From contig NW_024704743.1 in NCBI RefSeq assembly GCF_018977255.1, forward strand, positions 93,064,001 through 93,128,000: DNA of 64,000 bases. Reading direction: 5' to 3'. The translations under genes and the position numbers were made by a program. Source of the stretch: Callorhinchus milii (Eukaryota). Below the pieces are notes generated by a model that saw only the letters and a list, made by a program, of their open reading frames with translations, searched no databases and was not told the DNA's origin. The number at the start of each line of letters is the position of its first letter. The first letter of the stretch is position 1. Shown here in pieces: positions 11,476 to 24,190 of this stretch.

Positions 11476-13714
11476 ACCCCTCACCACGTAAGTGGTCCAT
11501 TTCACTCCAGGTCCTGGTATCGCCATTCTCTTTCACACTGAGACTACAATTGATGCATGGCTCGATGTAGATCCAAACATGCATGATTCACTCGTAGACA
11601 TGTTCCCTCGATATTCTGCCCATTTACATTATTTCTAAGGTTAGCTAACAGAGTAATGTCAGTTTCTTTTCCTTATTTCAATGCTATGTAGAACAGAAAA
11701 CCCAGGTTGTTAGTATCTGGAAACAAATATTCCACCAAACCTTATCAAAATTGAATTATTGTCCAATTTGTCATTTTTGGACTTTTCTTTCCAAATAAAA
11801 ATTCAATCTATATATATATATTGAATTTAAACCAATAATTCCTTCAACACATTGTTTAAGAGATTCTGATTTACCCTATTTTGTGTCATTTGTTAAAAGT
11901 AGAAAACACAAATTAATGTTCAGAGTGATTTAGAGAAAGAATCACGGATTCTACTTTAAAGAAACGCAAACCATCTCAAAGTAATTTTAAATATCCATAT
12001 TTATATATTTCAAACTAAAAATAAAAGTAGTTCGCTGGCATAGAGCAATTTACCTTTGTTCCTGACAATCTTGACTGGTGGTCCAATGTAAAGGAATACT
12101 TGTCAGATTTGCCAGGTTGAAAGTGACTGGTAGCAGTATGGTGTAATATTGACGTAAAAGCACCAACAAACAAAAACCCCATCATTAACTGGCAAACAAA
12201 CTAGATACAACATCAAAGAGGAGTTTTTAAAAAGTTATAAAAATGTATACTAAACCTCTATGCTAAAAAAAATTTGAACACTAGATATTTATATTATGTG
12301 GATTTTTTCTCTACATAAAATGTACTTTATGGCCTGGCTACTTCTCTGTGAGTGACAAGCTAACCTGTCTAACTTTTATCTTATAAAACAATCCCAATGG
12401 CCTGCCAGTGTAAAAGATGAGGTCAGTGATTCCCAGATGACAATTGCAATGGCTGTTTCTTGGTTTCATTCTGTCAGAGTAAATAGGCATGACATTCACA
12501 ATATTGCTTATGTTCATGCTTGATTGCAACAAAGCCAGCTCTTTGAGTTGAGAGCCCCCAGGTCCATTAATACTGACCCGACTTCCCCAGCAACGTGACG
12601 TTTGATGTGTAGAAATGCTACATGCCCTTTTGTGAGCTTGAGATCATTTAGCACTAGAGGGAAGCTTATGTCAATTTTTGTGTTATTGGACAGTCACCCA
12701 GAAACTAAGCAATGCTGATCATATAATTTCTGGCAAGTCATTCACTGTGGATTTGCTGTGGATCACATGAGCACTGGTTCAAGAAACCAGCTCATGAATA
12801 AATCACATTAATTGCTCCCGATATAAAATCTTTTTAGAGAGAGAGACAGGGGTAGATAGGTAACATAAAGGAGTTTTCTTGTTTTCTAAGGATAGTCCAT
12901 AATTTCTAAGTTTTATATATGTATGTAATTGTGTGTGCAGACTATACATATTATTTATATAAAACACTGTATATAAAAACATAAGGTGTGTGACAAACCT
13001 AATAAAGAGGATGGTGACACATATCCTGAAGACATGTGGGATCACTGACTCTGTACCAATGCAGCAGATAAACAGGAAAATCTAGAATAACATTTATCAA
13101 AAGGTACACATATCCTTTAATAAAGCTGCAAAATCAAAATGTAGAAAAATAAAGTGTCAATAAGTTTAAAGATCTCAAACTGGGTGATAAGAGAGTATTT
13201 ACCAAAAGTATAAACATCACCATGAAAAGTATAAAGTAAATTACATTTATATTCAATTTAGAAATGCATAAATGCATTTATATCCTAGTTCCCAATTGCC
13301 TTGTTGATTCCTCAGTCTTATTTTTAGCCTTTTGTGTGACTAATATAATAACTTGTTTTTGAAATGTCAGAAGCAAAAGAACAATTAATGAATCAATTCC
13401 AATTTTGTCGGACTTGAATATGGCTGTGATTCATTCCCAGTAAACCACAAAATAAAAATAGTTGCACACATAAAAATATAAAATGACTATGCAACAACTG
13501 TGACTCCAAAATGATCAACAGAGTTGAATAATCAGATTGTTCAACATAAAGATTGTTTATGTATGCAATCCTTCCTTAACATGTGTGCAAATTATGAATA
13601 TACAAGGTTTTTTGGTCATGGCAAAGCATTTGGATAGAGAAAGATCTCACTGCATATTAGTCAGAGATTCAACCACCATAGTTATATAATCATTTATACC
13701 TGTCGTCAGCTCAT

Positions 13715-14095
13715 GCTCCAGCTCCTTCTGCTTCCTCGTTCTCCTGGACCTTTCCACCGCGTTCGACTCAGTTGATCACACCATCTTCCCCCACGGCCTC
13801 TCCTCCCTCTTCCACTTTAGTGGGACCGCATTCGCATGGTTCGAGTCCTACATAACCAGCAACAAAACATCTTGGCAAATGGGTTTTCCTCCTGCTCCCA
13901 CAGGGTCACCTTGTGGGGTACCCCAAGGCTCCATCCTTGGTCCCCTTCTTTTCCTTATTTACATACTCCCTCCTCAGCAATGTAATCCGCAGACATGGGG
14001 TCAACTTCCATATGTATGTGGATCACACCAAAATCTACTTCTCCTCAAACTGCGACTCCCAGTCTACTAATGTCCTGTCAGCTTGTTTGATGAGA
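13715..14095 (+). mobile_element. L2 RT-region fragment
   Basis: LLDLSTAFD-like segment, CGVPQGSILGPLLF and [12 protein letters not shown]. Confidence 0.88.
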
Positions 14096-14119
14096 TAGAA
14101 CTATTCTGCAACATATAGG

Positions 14120-14335
14120 GGAAGAATTAAGTAAAATCTACTTAGAATATGAGGACAGGACAGAGGTTCAAGCTCACAAAAGGAAAGATGAAAAGCTAAT
14201 TCAGAATCAATTATTTTGTACAGTTGTGATTATGTGGACTAGACTGGGAAGTAATGGAGGCAGATTGCATTAATAAATACAAGAGGAAACTAGATAATTA
14301 TATAGTAAAGAAATTTAATTGAGAGATATAGTATA
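14120..14335 (+). mobile_element. CR1 3' fragment, highly decayed
   Basis: tacaagaggaaactagataattatat resembles the FKRELD.Y region near the CR1 ORF2 end. Confidence 0.55.
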
Positions 14336-14789
14336 GGTTATTTATAATGTGCATTTAGATAATGTATGTCAAATAAAATAAACACACCAAATTGCTTCAA
14401 AATTAATTAGGAATAGAAGTGAATATTATATCGATAAACATGGCACCAAATCTGTGCCAGCAACTGGTAATAAACCAATTTTGAATTTGAGGGTAATTCT
14501 ACTTAGGGAAAAGGATAAGCTAGGAAAGTGGGAGAAAGACTCCTTGTTAATTTAGTTTTCTTTACACTTTGAAATTGGTTGGTCTTGTCCTGTCCTATAT
14601 ATTTTCATTTTTCCCATCATAGCCCCAGCAGGCTCGGAGACTAATTGTAGCATTTGCAACTCCATTGATACAACAACTGAAATCAGTTAAATTAGCACAA
14701 CCTGGAATCAGTTTGCAAATATTTGGTTTAGTTAGACATTGAATGGGATACTTACAAACTAAGGCATGGAGAGAGTTTTTTCTGCAAAA

Positions 14790-16734
14790 ACTGGAGGCGA
14801 AGAACAACCCCAAGCTATTGTTTTCTACCACATCCGACTCCTTCTCCGTCCCGACTCCTCCTCCGTCCCCCCCGCCATACCGCGCAGGTCATCTCCTCCA
14901 ACCTTCACTGCGAGGAGATGCTGGATTTCCTTGAATCCAAAATCAAGGGAATTCGCTCCGCGGTCACTTCCCCTCCAACATCCACCCACCCCCACCCCTC
15001 CCTCCCACACTCCGACTCCTACCCATCCTCCCCTACACACTTTCGTACCCTTTCCCCACCCTCTGTCAAAAACTCATCCTATCCCTGAAACCCACACCTG
15101 CTCCCTTGACCCCATCCCCACTCCACTCCATATCTCACAGCTCCACCTCCTTGCCCCACATATCACAGACATCGTCAACCTGTCCCTCTCCTCTGGCTCT
15201 GTTCCCATTCCCTTAAAAACTGCCACCATCACTCCCACCTTGAAAAAACCCTCCCTTGATGCGTCGCAGCTATCAAGCTACCGGCCCATCTCCAACCTCC
15301 CCTTCCTGTCCAAGGTCCTGGAACGAGTTGTCGCCTCCCAGCTGCGCTCTTTCCTCTCCACCCATTCATTATTCGAACCCCTTCAGTCGGGTTTCCGTGC
15401 TGCCCATAGCACAGAAACTGCCCTGGTCAAGGTCACCAATGACATCCTGACCATCTGTGACCAGGGCTCCCTCTGCCTCCTCGTCCTCCTCGACCTATCG
15501 GCAGCATTCGATACGGTCGACCATGCTATCCTCCTCCACCGCTTGTCCTCCCACCTCAACCTTCAAGGCCCTGTCCTTGAGTGGTTTAGGTCGTACCTTT
15601 CTCACCGTCTTCACTTTGTCTCTACAAATGGCTTCTCCTCCGCCCCCCGCACTGTCTCATGCGGTGTCCCTCAGGGCTCTGTCCTCGGTCCCCTCCTCTC
15701 ACCCTCTATATGCTCCCCCTTGGTGACATCATCCGCAGACATGGGGTTAACTTCCACATGTATGCGGATGACACCCAACTCTACCTTTCCTCCTCTACCC
15801 TCAACTCCACGACCACCGATGTCCTGACAGCCTGCCTGTCCGACATCGAGTCCTGGACGAGAGACAACTTTCTTCAGCTCAACGTGTGTAAAACTGAGGC
15901 CCTCCTGATTGGCTCGCGTCAGCGCCTCCGCACCTCAGGCGCTGACAGCATCAGCATCCAAGGCTGCACTCTCCACCTCTCAAAGCCGGTCAGGAACCTC
16001 GGACCCTGAGCTGTCCTTTCTTCCTCATATCCGCGCCACAACTGGCACCGCCTTCCATCACCTCCGGAATATCGCCAGACTACGGCACTACCTCACCCCT
16101 CACGCTGCTGAAACTCTGGTCCACGCCTTTATCACCTCAAGGCTGGACTATGGGAACTCTCTCCTCGCCGGCCTTCCCGGCACCTCCCTCCACAAGCTGC
16201 AGGTCATTCAGAACTCTGCAGCTCGTGTACTGTCCCGCACCAGGCTCCGGACCACATCACTCCCACCCTCGCTCGCCTCCACTGGCTCCCCATCCCCCAG
16301 AGGATCGAACAAGATCCTCATCCTCACCTACAAGGCCATTCACGGCCTTGCTCCCTCCTACCTCTCCGACCTACTATCCCCCTACCTACCTGCCTGTTCC
16401 TCTGTCTCCGGTCTGCTCCACATCCCCCGCCCTAACCGCCCTACCATCGGTGGCCGGGCCTTCAGCCTCTCAGCCCCGAGGCTCTGGAACTCTATCCTCC
16501 AGTGCCTTCGCCGCCTCCTCCCTTTCCTCCTTCAAGGCCGGTCTCAAGACCTTTCTCTTTGACGGTGCCTTCAGCTCCCTTCTCGACTCACTACCCCCTC
16601 CTTGCTCCCTCCCTTCCCTCCCCTCACCCTGACCATTTCCCCCCTGACAGGTCCTGACCCAACTGTACAGCGCCTTGGGACGTCCTCCCGACGTGAAAGG
16701 CACTCTATAAATGGAATCTTGTTGTTGTTGTTGT
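14790..16734 (+). mobile_element. L2-clade LINE, about 1.9 kb, 5'-truncated, RT domain plus tail
   Basis: [61 protein letters not shown] and SRLDYGNSLL across several frameshifts, with a (TTG)n tail. Confidence 0.96.
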
Positions 16735-16746
16735 AACTGTTTTATT

Positions 16747-17129
16747 GTGGAGTCCTGTAGCTCAGTGGTTATAGCATTTGCCTTGCAAGCGAGAGGACCT
16801 CGGTTTGATTCCCGATAGAGTGAAACGTCAAGCAATTTTCCTTACTCTACATACCTCTGTTTACCTAGCAATAAGTAGGAACCTGGTTATTAGTTGATTG
16901 GCGGATTGCTTTTCCGGGAGTAATAATACCTTAAAAAAAAATAATAATTTGGTCATTGAATCCACAACTGTTTGTGGGACACTCCTGTGCACAATTGGCT
17001 GCCGGGTTTTGCCCACAATATATACAGTCAATTCACTTTACAGTATATTCTGTGAAGCGCTTTGAGTCATATCAAAGATGTGATAAGGCGCTATATCAAA
17101 TACAAGGATTATTATTATTATTTATTATT
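16747..17129 (+). mobile_element. Young tRNA-SINE, long form
   Basis: Full head-to-tail copy, 12 bp after the L2 tail. Confidence 0.9.
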
Positions 17130-17825
17130 GTAAATACAATCATAGAAACAAGCCAATATGAAGTAGTGAAGCATCAATGTGTTCTGTATAAAGTAATGAC
17201 GCAACAGCGTAAAAACAGTTAAATAATGCACCACCAACAAATAGGTAACTTTTATCATTTTAAAAAATTGTGGTTGTCCTCTTTCTCCTGTTCACATCTT
17301 AATGCTAAAACATGGTAACAAGATACTCACTGCTTCCCAATCATTAATTATCTAGGTACAAGTCCTGTACATAGACGTCTAGAAGACGTAAAAAGCGCTG
17401 TATCAAATGCAAGGATTATTATTATAACTCTGCTTTCCACAATTACATAATGACACGAGCAACAACAACAACAATAAACAAATTACATTTGTAAAGCTCC
17501 TATCATTCTGGCAGGATGGTCCCAATGATTATGCAGTAAAACCAGGCTCACTCTGAAAATAGAGCATTATTAAATACATCACAAAAGTGATATGAATATA
17601 TATTTTTTATGTTTATATTTTCCAACCTGAAACAGAAATATGTAAAACAAAGGGGGTGGGGGGCAGGCAGTCTACCATATCTGTGCTGGCTCTCTGAAAG
17701 AGGTTTGCATTAAAATTGGTTCATACTTATTTGTTGTCCAGTTCCTGAGCCAAGTGGGTCTACAATACTTTAGGGCACTTGCCGATGACAGCTCAGTTAG
17801 ACTAGCTCATGAGCAGACCTGGCAG

Positions 17826-17998
17826 ACAACAACAACAGCTTGGATTTATATAGTGCTCTCCATGCTGGACGGCGTCTCAGAGCGCTTCACAGTAACGGAT
17901 CCCGCGGCCGGAACTGAAAGGATTTGTCTTAGGGAGGCGGCACAGACATGATAGGCTGAATGGCCTTCTTCTGTGCCATACATTTCTATGGTTCTATA
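17826..17998. mobile_element. L2 tail (minus) joined back-to-back with CR1 tail (plus)
   Basis: acaacaacaacagcttggatttatatagtgc...gcgcttcac, then ggcacagacatgataggctgaatggccttcttctgtgc...ttctatggttctat. Confidence 0.75.
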
Positions 17999-18659
17999 AG
18001 AAGATTGGTGGTTTGAAATTATTTAGGGCATGGAGGAGGATATTTGGAGCTCACAGACTGAAGCATCAAGTTTGAAAGTTTTGGATCTAGAGCTAATTGT
18101 TTCATTTTGAAGGAAAATCTCAACAAATACTTTTCTACAACATTTTCACAAGGTCCATTTCTTGGTTATAGTAGTTTAATTCCATATTTTGTAGTTTTTT
18201 TTATTAAACAGATTTTTATTATTAAACAGACTTTAAGTGGTTGGTGGGAGTTTGATCCATTCATCCAAACCATAACAGATTTAAAAAGTTGAAATAGCAA
18301 ATGACATATGAACTAGCAAGGCCAATTGTAATGCACATCATTAAATATTAATTACAGCTGCATTGGGCTTAAAAAAAATAATTTTACCCCAAAATAGGCA
18401 TATTTATGGTATCATGGGTTTGCCAAACAAAACATTCTGTACTGATAAAAGTATCCACTAGATAGCACCATAGGGCTACAAATGAATCATCCTTTCTTTG
18501 TTGATTTAGTTTTCAATGTGCTGGGCTAGAAATTTGCTGTGTTATAAACTGAAACGTGATGTTTTTGCATATCTAGTTCATTACAGTGTGATGCAGTTGG
18601 GATCATAGGGTCATAGTTTGCAAAGTATCATAGGGTATTAGATACCTTTGCTTTTGGTC

Positions 18660-19370
18660 AGCAGGGTGTCTGACACATGCGGAAACCCATCACCATGCTT
18701 AAGAGTGTCCAAATCAAACCGAGAATTTCAACCGTCCTACCAATACAGTACATGGAAATCCCAGAGCTAGATTGGTGAAATGGAATGTGCATTCTCTCCC
18801 TGGAGGGATGTATCCTGCTTACCTAATTCTGGAAAGTATTAGGTGCAGGTTAGCAAGAGCCAAGACTTGGGGACCCCAGAGTGTGCTTTGGAGTAACTGC
18901 TGGAGTCTCATTGACTAAAACTGCATAGTAAAACCCATTGAGAGCACTGCCTAGCAAGGGTTCCTACTGCTTGTCCAGCTAGGACCCACCCAATCCATTT
19001 GGGCTTTGGCTTGCAGCTGAATGGGAAGATTCTCTGGCCCCTATGACTGGTCTGCCATTCCAAGCCTACCGATAAGATAGCATGACTGGGCTGTCATCAA
19101 GCATTCCGAGACCCTACCCATGTGAAGTTATTGTGCTATATAAATGCATGTTATTATTGTAGCAGTGCCCTGGAGTACTGTGACCTGTAATGCTCAGGAA
19201 CTGGATTACCAAGACCACTATGGAGAGTTGGCTCGAATCTGACATTCTGTTGCCAGCGCCTTGGGACGTCCTCCCAACGTGAAAGGAACTATACAAATGT
19301 AATATTGTTGTTGTTGTCAAACATGCCACCTTGGAGCAAGTTCAGCTCTAATGTTGGGAATGCCATTGGC
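18660..19370. repeat. Old unclassified dispersed repeat with two nested L2 tails
   Basis: 18664-18843 is homologous to 59858-60032 (inverted), and 19160-19257 to 24738-24835 (inverted). L2 tails at about 19120-19160 and 19257-19317. Confidence 0.7.
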
Positions 19371-19487
19371 AACCTCAAAATGAATGAATCATTTTTGAGA
19401 TAACATATTCTAATCATTGACAGGTGAAGGTTGAGTCAAAATTTGATTCAATCATACGTGAGGGAGGTAGACAGGTATGTAATAATA

Positions 19488-19680
19488 ATAATACAATTGC
19501 TTACATTTAGTATATTGCCTTTCATGTCAGGGAGACTCCCAAATTGCTTCACAAGGTATACTGTAAATTGCAGTATTTTGTGTTTTGTGGGCAAACTGAG
19601 CCAAATTGCGCACAGCAATGTCCCACAAACAGCCATGCAGTGAATGATCATTTTATCTGGGAGATTGTTGACAAGGAGAT
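19488..19680 (-). mobile_element. Deu-SINE 3' part
   Basis: (aat)n tail and gccaaattgcgcacagcaatgtcccacaaacagccatg. Confidence 0.7.
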
Positions 19681-21529
19681 TACACTACACCATGGAATGA
19701 CACTGCAGTAGAAAGAAAAATGACTCAACCACCTTGAAGAGAAGAGAAGGAAATGGTGAATGAGAGGAAACTAGAATTACTATTTATGTTTTACATTAAT
19801 CCCATGTGCTGCTTGATAAAGAACATTTGTCATTAATAATGATTTTGCTAAAAATGTACAGAGTTCTGACTCAACTCAACAAGTTTATAGGATGTAGGAG
19901 CCAAACCTTTGGTGATGTCAACACTGCCAAAAGGCTTTTGGCACATTGGGTGAGAAATTCCAGGAGCCAACAGTTAAAGAATAAAATAAAACATACTTTT
20001 TNGTGTGCCAGTTCAGTGGCTTAGACATATTCTGTGGACAGGGCTCACTGCTTATCGGATCATCTAGCAAGGAGGGTAGAATGTCAAATATGTGGGCTGC
20101 TGTGGATTACCTCAGTCTGAACAAGACCTGTATAGCTGCTATGTCTCCCTATTGCAAAATTTTATAATTGGAATAAGGTCCTTTTATATTACATAGAAAG
20201 GACTAGCTAATCTTCCATAGGCAGCTAAGCCTCTATTTTTGGTATTTGCTAATATAATAAATAACTCATGAAAGAGTCCCAAACTGTCATAACCTAGCAC
20301 GCAAGAAGTCCTCTGACTAGATAGGGAGATTAAAAGGTGGCCAGACTTAGTAACCGACAAAGGGATGGGTTTTGCAAAGCTGGAAACTAGATTTATTGAT
20401 TGAACTTGAATTTTATTAGGTGATGTGCTTGTGGGTGTCCTGCAGTTATCACACTCCCAAACCGCGGATCTATAGGCTGTGCCCTGTGTTACCAAACTCC
20501 TCTCACCCATCTGAATCTCTGCTCAAAAGGGAGTTTTACACAATTGGATGGGGCTAAGCACTCAGAGATCCTAACCTACTATATAAATGCAAGTTGGTTT
20601 TGGTGTTGTAATTTTCAGGCTTTATTATGAAGATAGGAACAGAACAGTTACTCCTGCCATACTCCTGCATAATAACCATTTTCAGAAAAGACAAGTAAAC
20701 TATTATATAAATACTGACTTCTGGTCATAAAGCAATATAATATTACCACACTGCATATGAAATATAATTAGTGATAATGTCACTAAATAATGAAAGATAA
20801 TACTATGTAGTTATTCAATAACAAAAGGCACTTTCTAATTCAAAGCAAAAAGTCATGTCACTTTTTTATGAAAAATGATAGCACTTCAGTATATAAAGAC
20901 TCATTCTCAAAGTAATATGAAAAAAATGACACAAGGAGAAAAGTTAGTGCTCCCATAAATTATTATAGATATGTGACAGATTTTGCAGGTTTAAAAGTCC
21001 AGTACCTTGGATTTGGCATAAATGCAAGATTGAAGGGCCATTGATCCATTCTAGCGATGTAGTGTGTGTGCAGAGTAGTATGAAAGTGTCCTGTAAAGTC
21101 CTTTGTGAGTCCACGTGTAAAAAAAATGCAGTAGGGGAGCACTTGAAGTACTTTACCTTCATGTATGTTTGATTATCTTCTCAAATCATTACTGAGGAAA
21201 GCCTTGGATTTGTTCTTCCTGTAAGAATGCCATGAAGTATTCCATCATAGTTTCTATTGGTTGAGGAGAAGGCACATCTCCTGTTATTTGTGTTTCCCCT
21301 CTCAGTCGCTGTGAAGGTTGCCTTCTGGGACTGTAACTGTTGAAGGAAGATACTTGCCCCTGCCCATACAGAAAAGTTGCCACCTTGTAATAGGGTAGAG
21401 TGTTGATGTCACTGGATGTGTTCATTCTCTGTAAACTCTGTGGGGGTGCAAATTGCAGGATTACTGAACAGTTATTACATTAAAATAATTAACACATTGT
21501 CAATTATTGCTGGGATGATTAAGGAATGG

Positions 21530-22023
21530 TAATAATAATTCTTTCATGTTGGGAGGACATTGCAAGGTTTTTACACAGGAAATACTGTAAAGTGTAGACT
21601 GTATTTTGTAACCGAACACAGCAGACAATCTGTGCTCAACAAACAGCCACAAAGTGAGTGACCAATTTTATTTAGAATCATAGAATCGTACAGCACAAAA
21701 AGAGGCCATTTGGCCCATCGAGTTTGTGCCGGCTCTTTGATGAGAGCAATTAATGTCAATCCCACTCCCCAGCCTTTTCCCCATAACCCTGCAAACCCGT
21801 CCTCCTCAAATACCTGTCCACCGCGTTTTTAAAAGTAGTTATTTACGTGATTGTTAGTCAGAACACTCCCTTTTATTTTCTAATAGTGCCACGACATCTT
21901 TAACGTCCAGGCATTTGGGACCTTGGTTTAATGTTTCATCCGAAGGGTTGCATCTCCCAACAATCCAGTGCACAGCCGTCTGACTCAGAGGTGAGAATGC
22001 TATCAACTGAGTCAAGCTGACAC
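21530..22023 (-). mobile_element. Deu-SINE interrupted by a CR1 3' end
   Basis: Deu core at 21850-21965 and tRNA head at 21980-22023. The CR1 tail at 21673-21830 belongs to the same subfamily as 462-640. Confidence 0.8.
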
Positions 22024-22209
22024 CAGGTACAAATACTGTGGTTAAAAATGTATCCTTTCAAGCCTGTCTTCAGGAATCAAATTGTTTTAAATCAGGGATT
22101 CCTTCAGACTATACTACAGTGCTGAGGCCATGGGAAAATTGTAGTAAAATTATCCCTGATCACCACATCAGGAAAATTAATGTCCTGAGTGACAATCAAA
22201 ATAAAATGT

Positions 22210-22650
22210 GATCACTCAATCCATGACTGTTTGCGGGACACTGGCTGTGCACAATTGGCTGCTGTGCTTCACCCACAAAATACACAGTGAATTCACTTTA
22301 GAATATATTCTGTGAAGTGCTTTGAGACGTCTCAACGATGTGATAAGGAGCCGTATCAAATCCAAGGATTATTATTACTTAGAATAGGGAGTGTGAGCCA
22401 AAGAGGTGGGGAGGGGAAAGAAATACAATTCTTTGTACTGGGCCTTGAATGAGGGAGGTAAAGAATGAGTTGGAGGATCTCTGGGATGCAGTTCCAAAGA
22501 GCAGGAGCAGAATGGGTGAAAGAATGCCCCCTGCTGGAGGAGCAGATAAGGTAGGGGTCATGAAGCAAGCCAGGGTTTGATGAGAAAAGGCACAATCCAG
22601 GTCAATAGTTATAGGAGATCACAGAGATTGGGCCGAGGCCATGGGCATCA
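22210..22650. mobile_element. SINE 3' half (plus) followed by a decayed L2 fragment (minus)
   Basis: SINE body and tail at 22210-22378. The L2 piece encodes HSAPALWNCIPE. Confidence 0.7.
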
Positions 22651-23789
22651 AGTGTGTATCTACTCTTATACATTAAAAGCATTAGATCACATCATCAACA
22701 ATTGCACTCTGAAATAAAATTGCAACATTGGATAACAGTTATCACATCATAATATTAGAAAACAATATTAATAATTAGTTTGTGTTATTCATTATTTAAG
22801 ACAACTAATTTTTGTTGCTGTTTAAATTGCTTTGTTTTACGTTTGGTTTGGATTATTCCTTTCAATTTTCTTTCATCTCTTGAAAGTACTGACTGTTGCT
22901 GGAGTATGATTCCAATGAGTCAGCCACCCTGGAATACTCTTCCAAGTTATTACTTTTCATGTATGACACCAAGACACTGAGTGCGGGCTGCCTGCAACCG
23001 TAAGAGGGGTCACAACTAAACCAGAGTCTACCTATGGCCCACCTCCACTCATAAGATAAATTCCCATTGGAGATCAATAGACAGGAATGGGAACTCCAAC
23101 TTATATTTTTACATTGCTAATCCAAGAGCCCTGAGGAAAAGTGGTGGATCCCACAGGTGTGTGATGAGCTCAGTACAGATCTGATACCTTTCTGATCCAT
23201 ATTCAGGCCAACAATGGGCACTAACTTAGACAACAAACCATCAGGGGAGCATTGCATTGATTTAAATATTTCTTGTATCTGGTGCCAGTTATTATTTTAT
23301 GTTCAGATCAGTTTATGACTTGTTTTTGTCATAATTTACAACAATTCAGAACTTGCATACATTTTTTCACGCAAGTTATTTTTATTTTCCATCATGCGGT
23401 TATTTTGCAATTTTTGTACAATTTCTGAAAATGTATTCAAATGTATTCAGTTGAATCTCCTCAAAGTAAGCACTAAATATCTTTTCTCCAGGTACTGTCT
23501 CTATCACCTAGTATATCTGTTTCAATGCTTAGTGGTACTTTGTCACTTTTAGTGTATTGTTTTCCATGACGCTATACAAGTTTGTCGCTGCATTGAAAAA
23601 AAGAGTGTTGCTAGATGACATCAAAGGTTATCTCTAATGAAGTGTAGAAAGGTTCATGTGCATTGGCTGTTGTAAACCTGACACTTTGTTCTCTTAATTG
23701 TTTTTATCTCTAATCCTCTCAGCTCAAGTTTTGTATTCTTAACCTGCTTATATCCAATACTCTCCTTACTAATCTACTATCTCTGAAAG

Positions 23790-24190
23790 CTGCAAACGAG
23801 TTTCTCTCTTGCACAAAGTTCTGAAAACCCATTACCAGCATCCTCAACAAGCTCTATTTACTCAAAGTATGTCAATCAAGCCTGCATTTTAGACCCTTAT
23901 CCTGATCTTCAGATTCCTCTAGAATCTCATCCACTCCACCTCTTTCCAGTCTTCTCCAAACTACATTCCAGCCCATACCTTGTGCTCTTCTCATTTTGTT
24001 TTTCCCCCTCACTACTCTCTTCACTTCACCATTGCTGCCTGGACACTGTTGTGCGCAATTTCTGCTGTGTTTCACCCACAAAATATACAATCAATTTACT
24101 TCACAATATATTCTGTGAAGCACTTTGAGACATTTCAATGATGTGATAAGATGCTACATCAAGTGCAACGATCACTATTATTATTATAAT
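23790..24190 (+). mobile_element. Decayed L2 fragment plus SINE 3' half
   Basis: L2-like segment at about 23790-23950, then SINE body and tail at 24040-24190. Confidence 0.6.

Noticed and set aside
16747..16825. tRNA genes at SINE heads
   Set aside because: Each head continues into a SINE body and tail, and the cloverleafs are degenerate.
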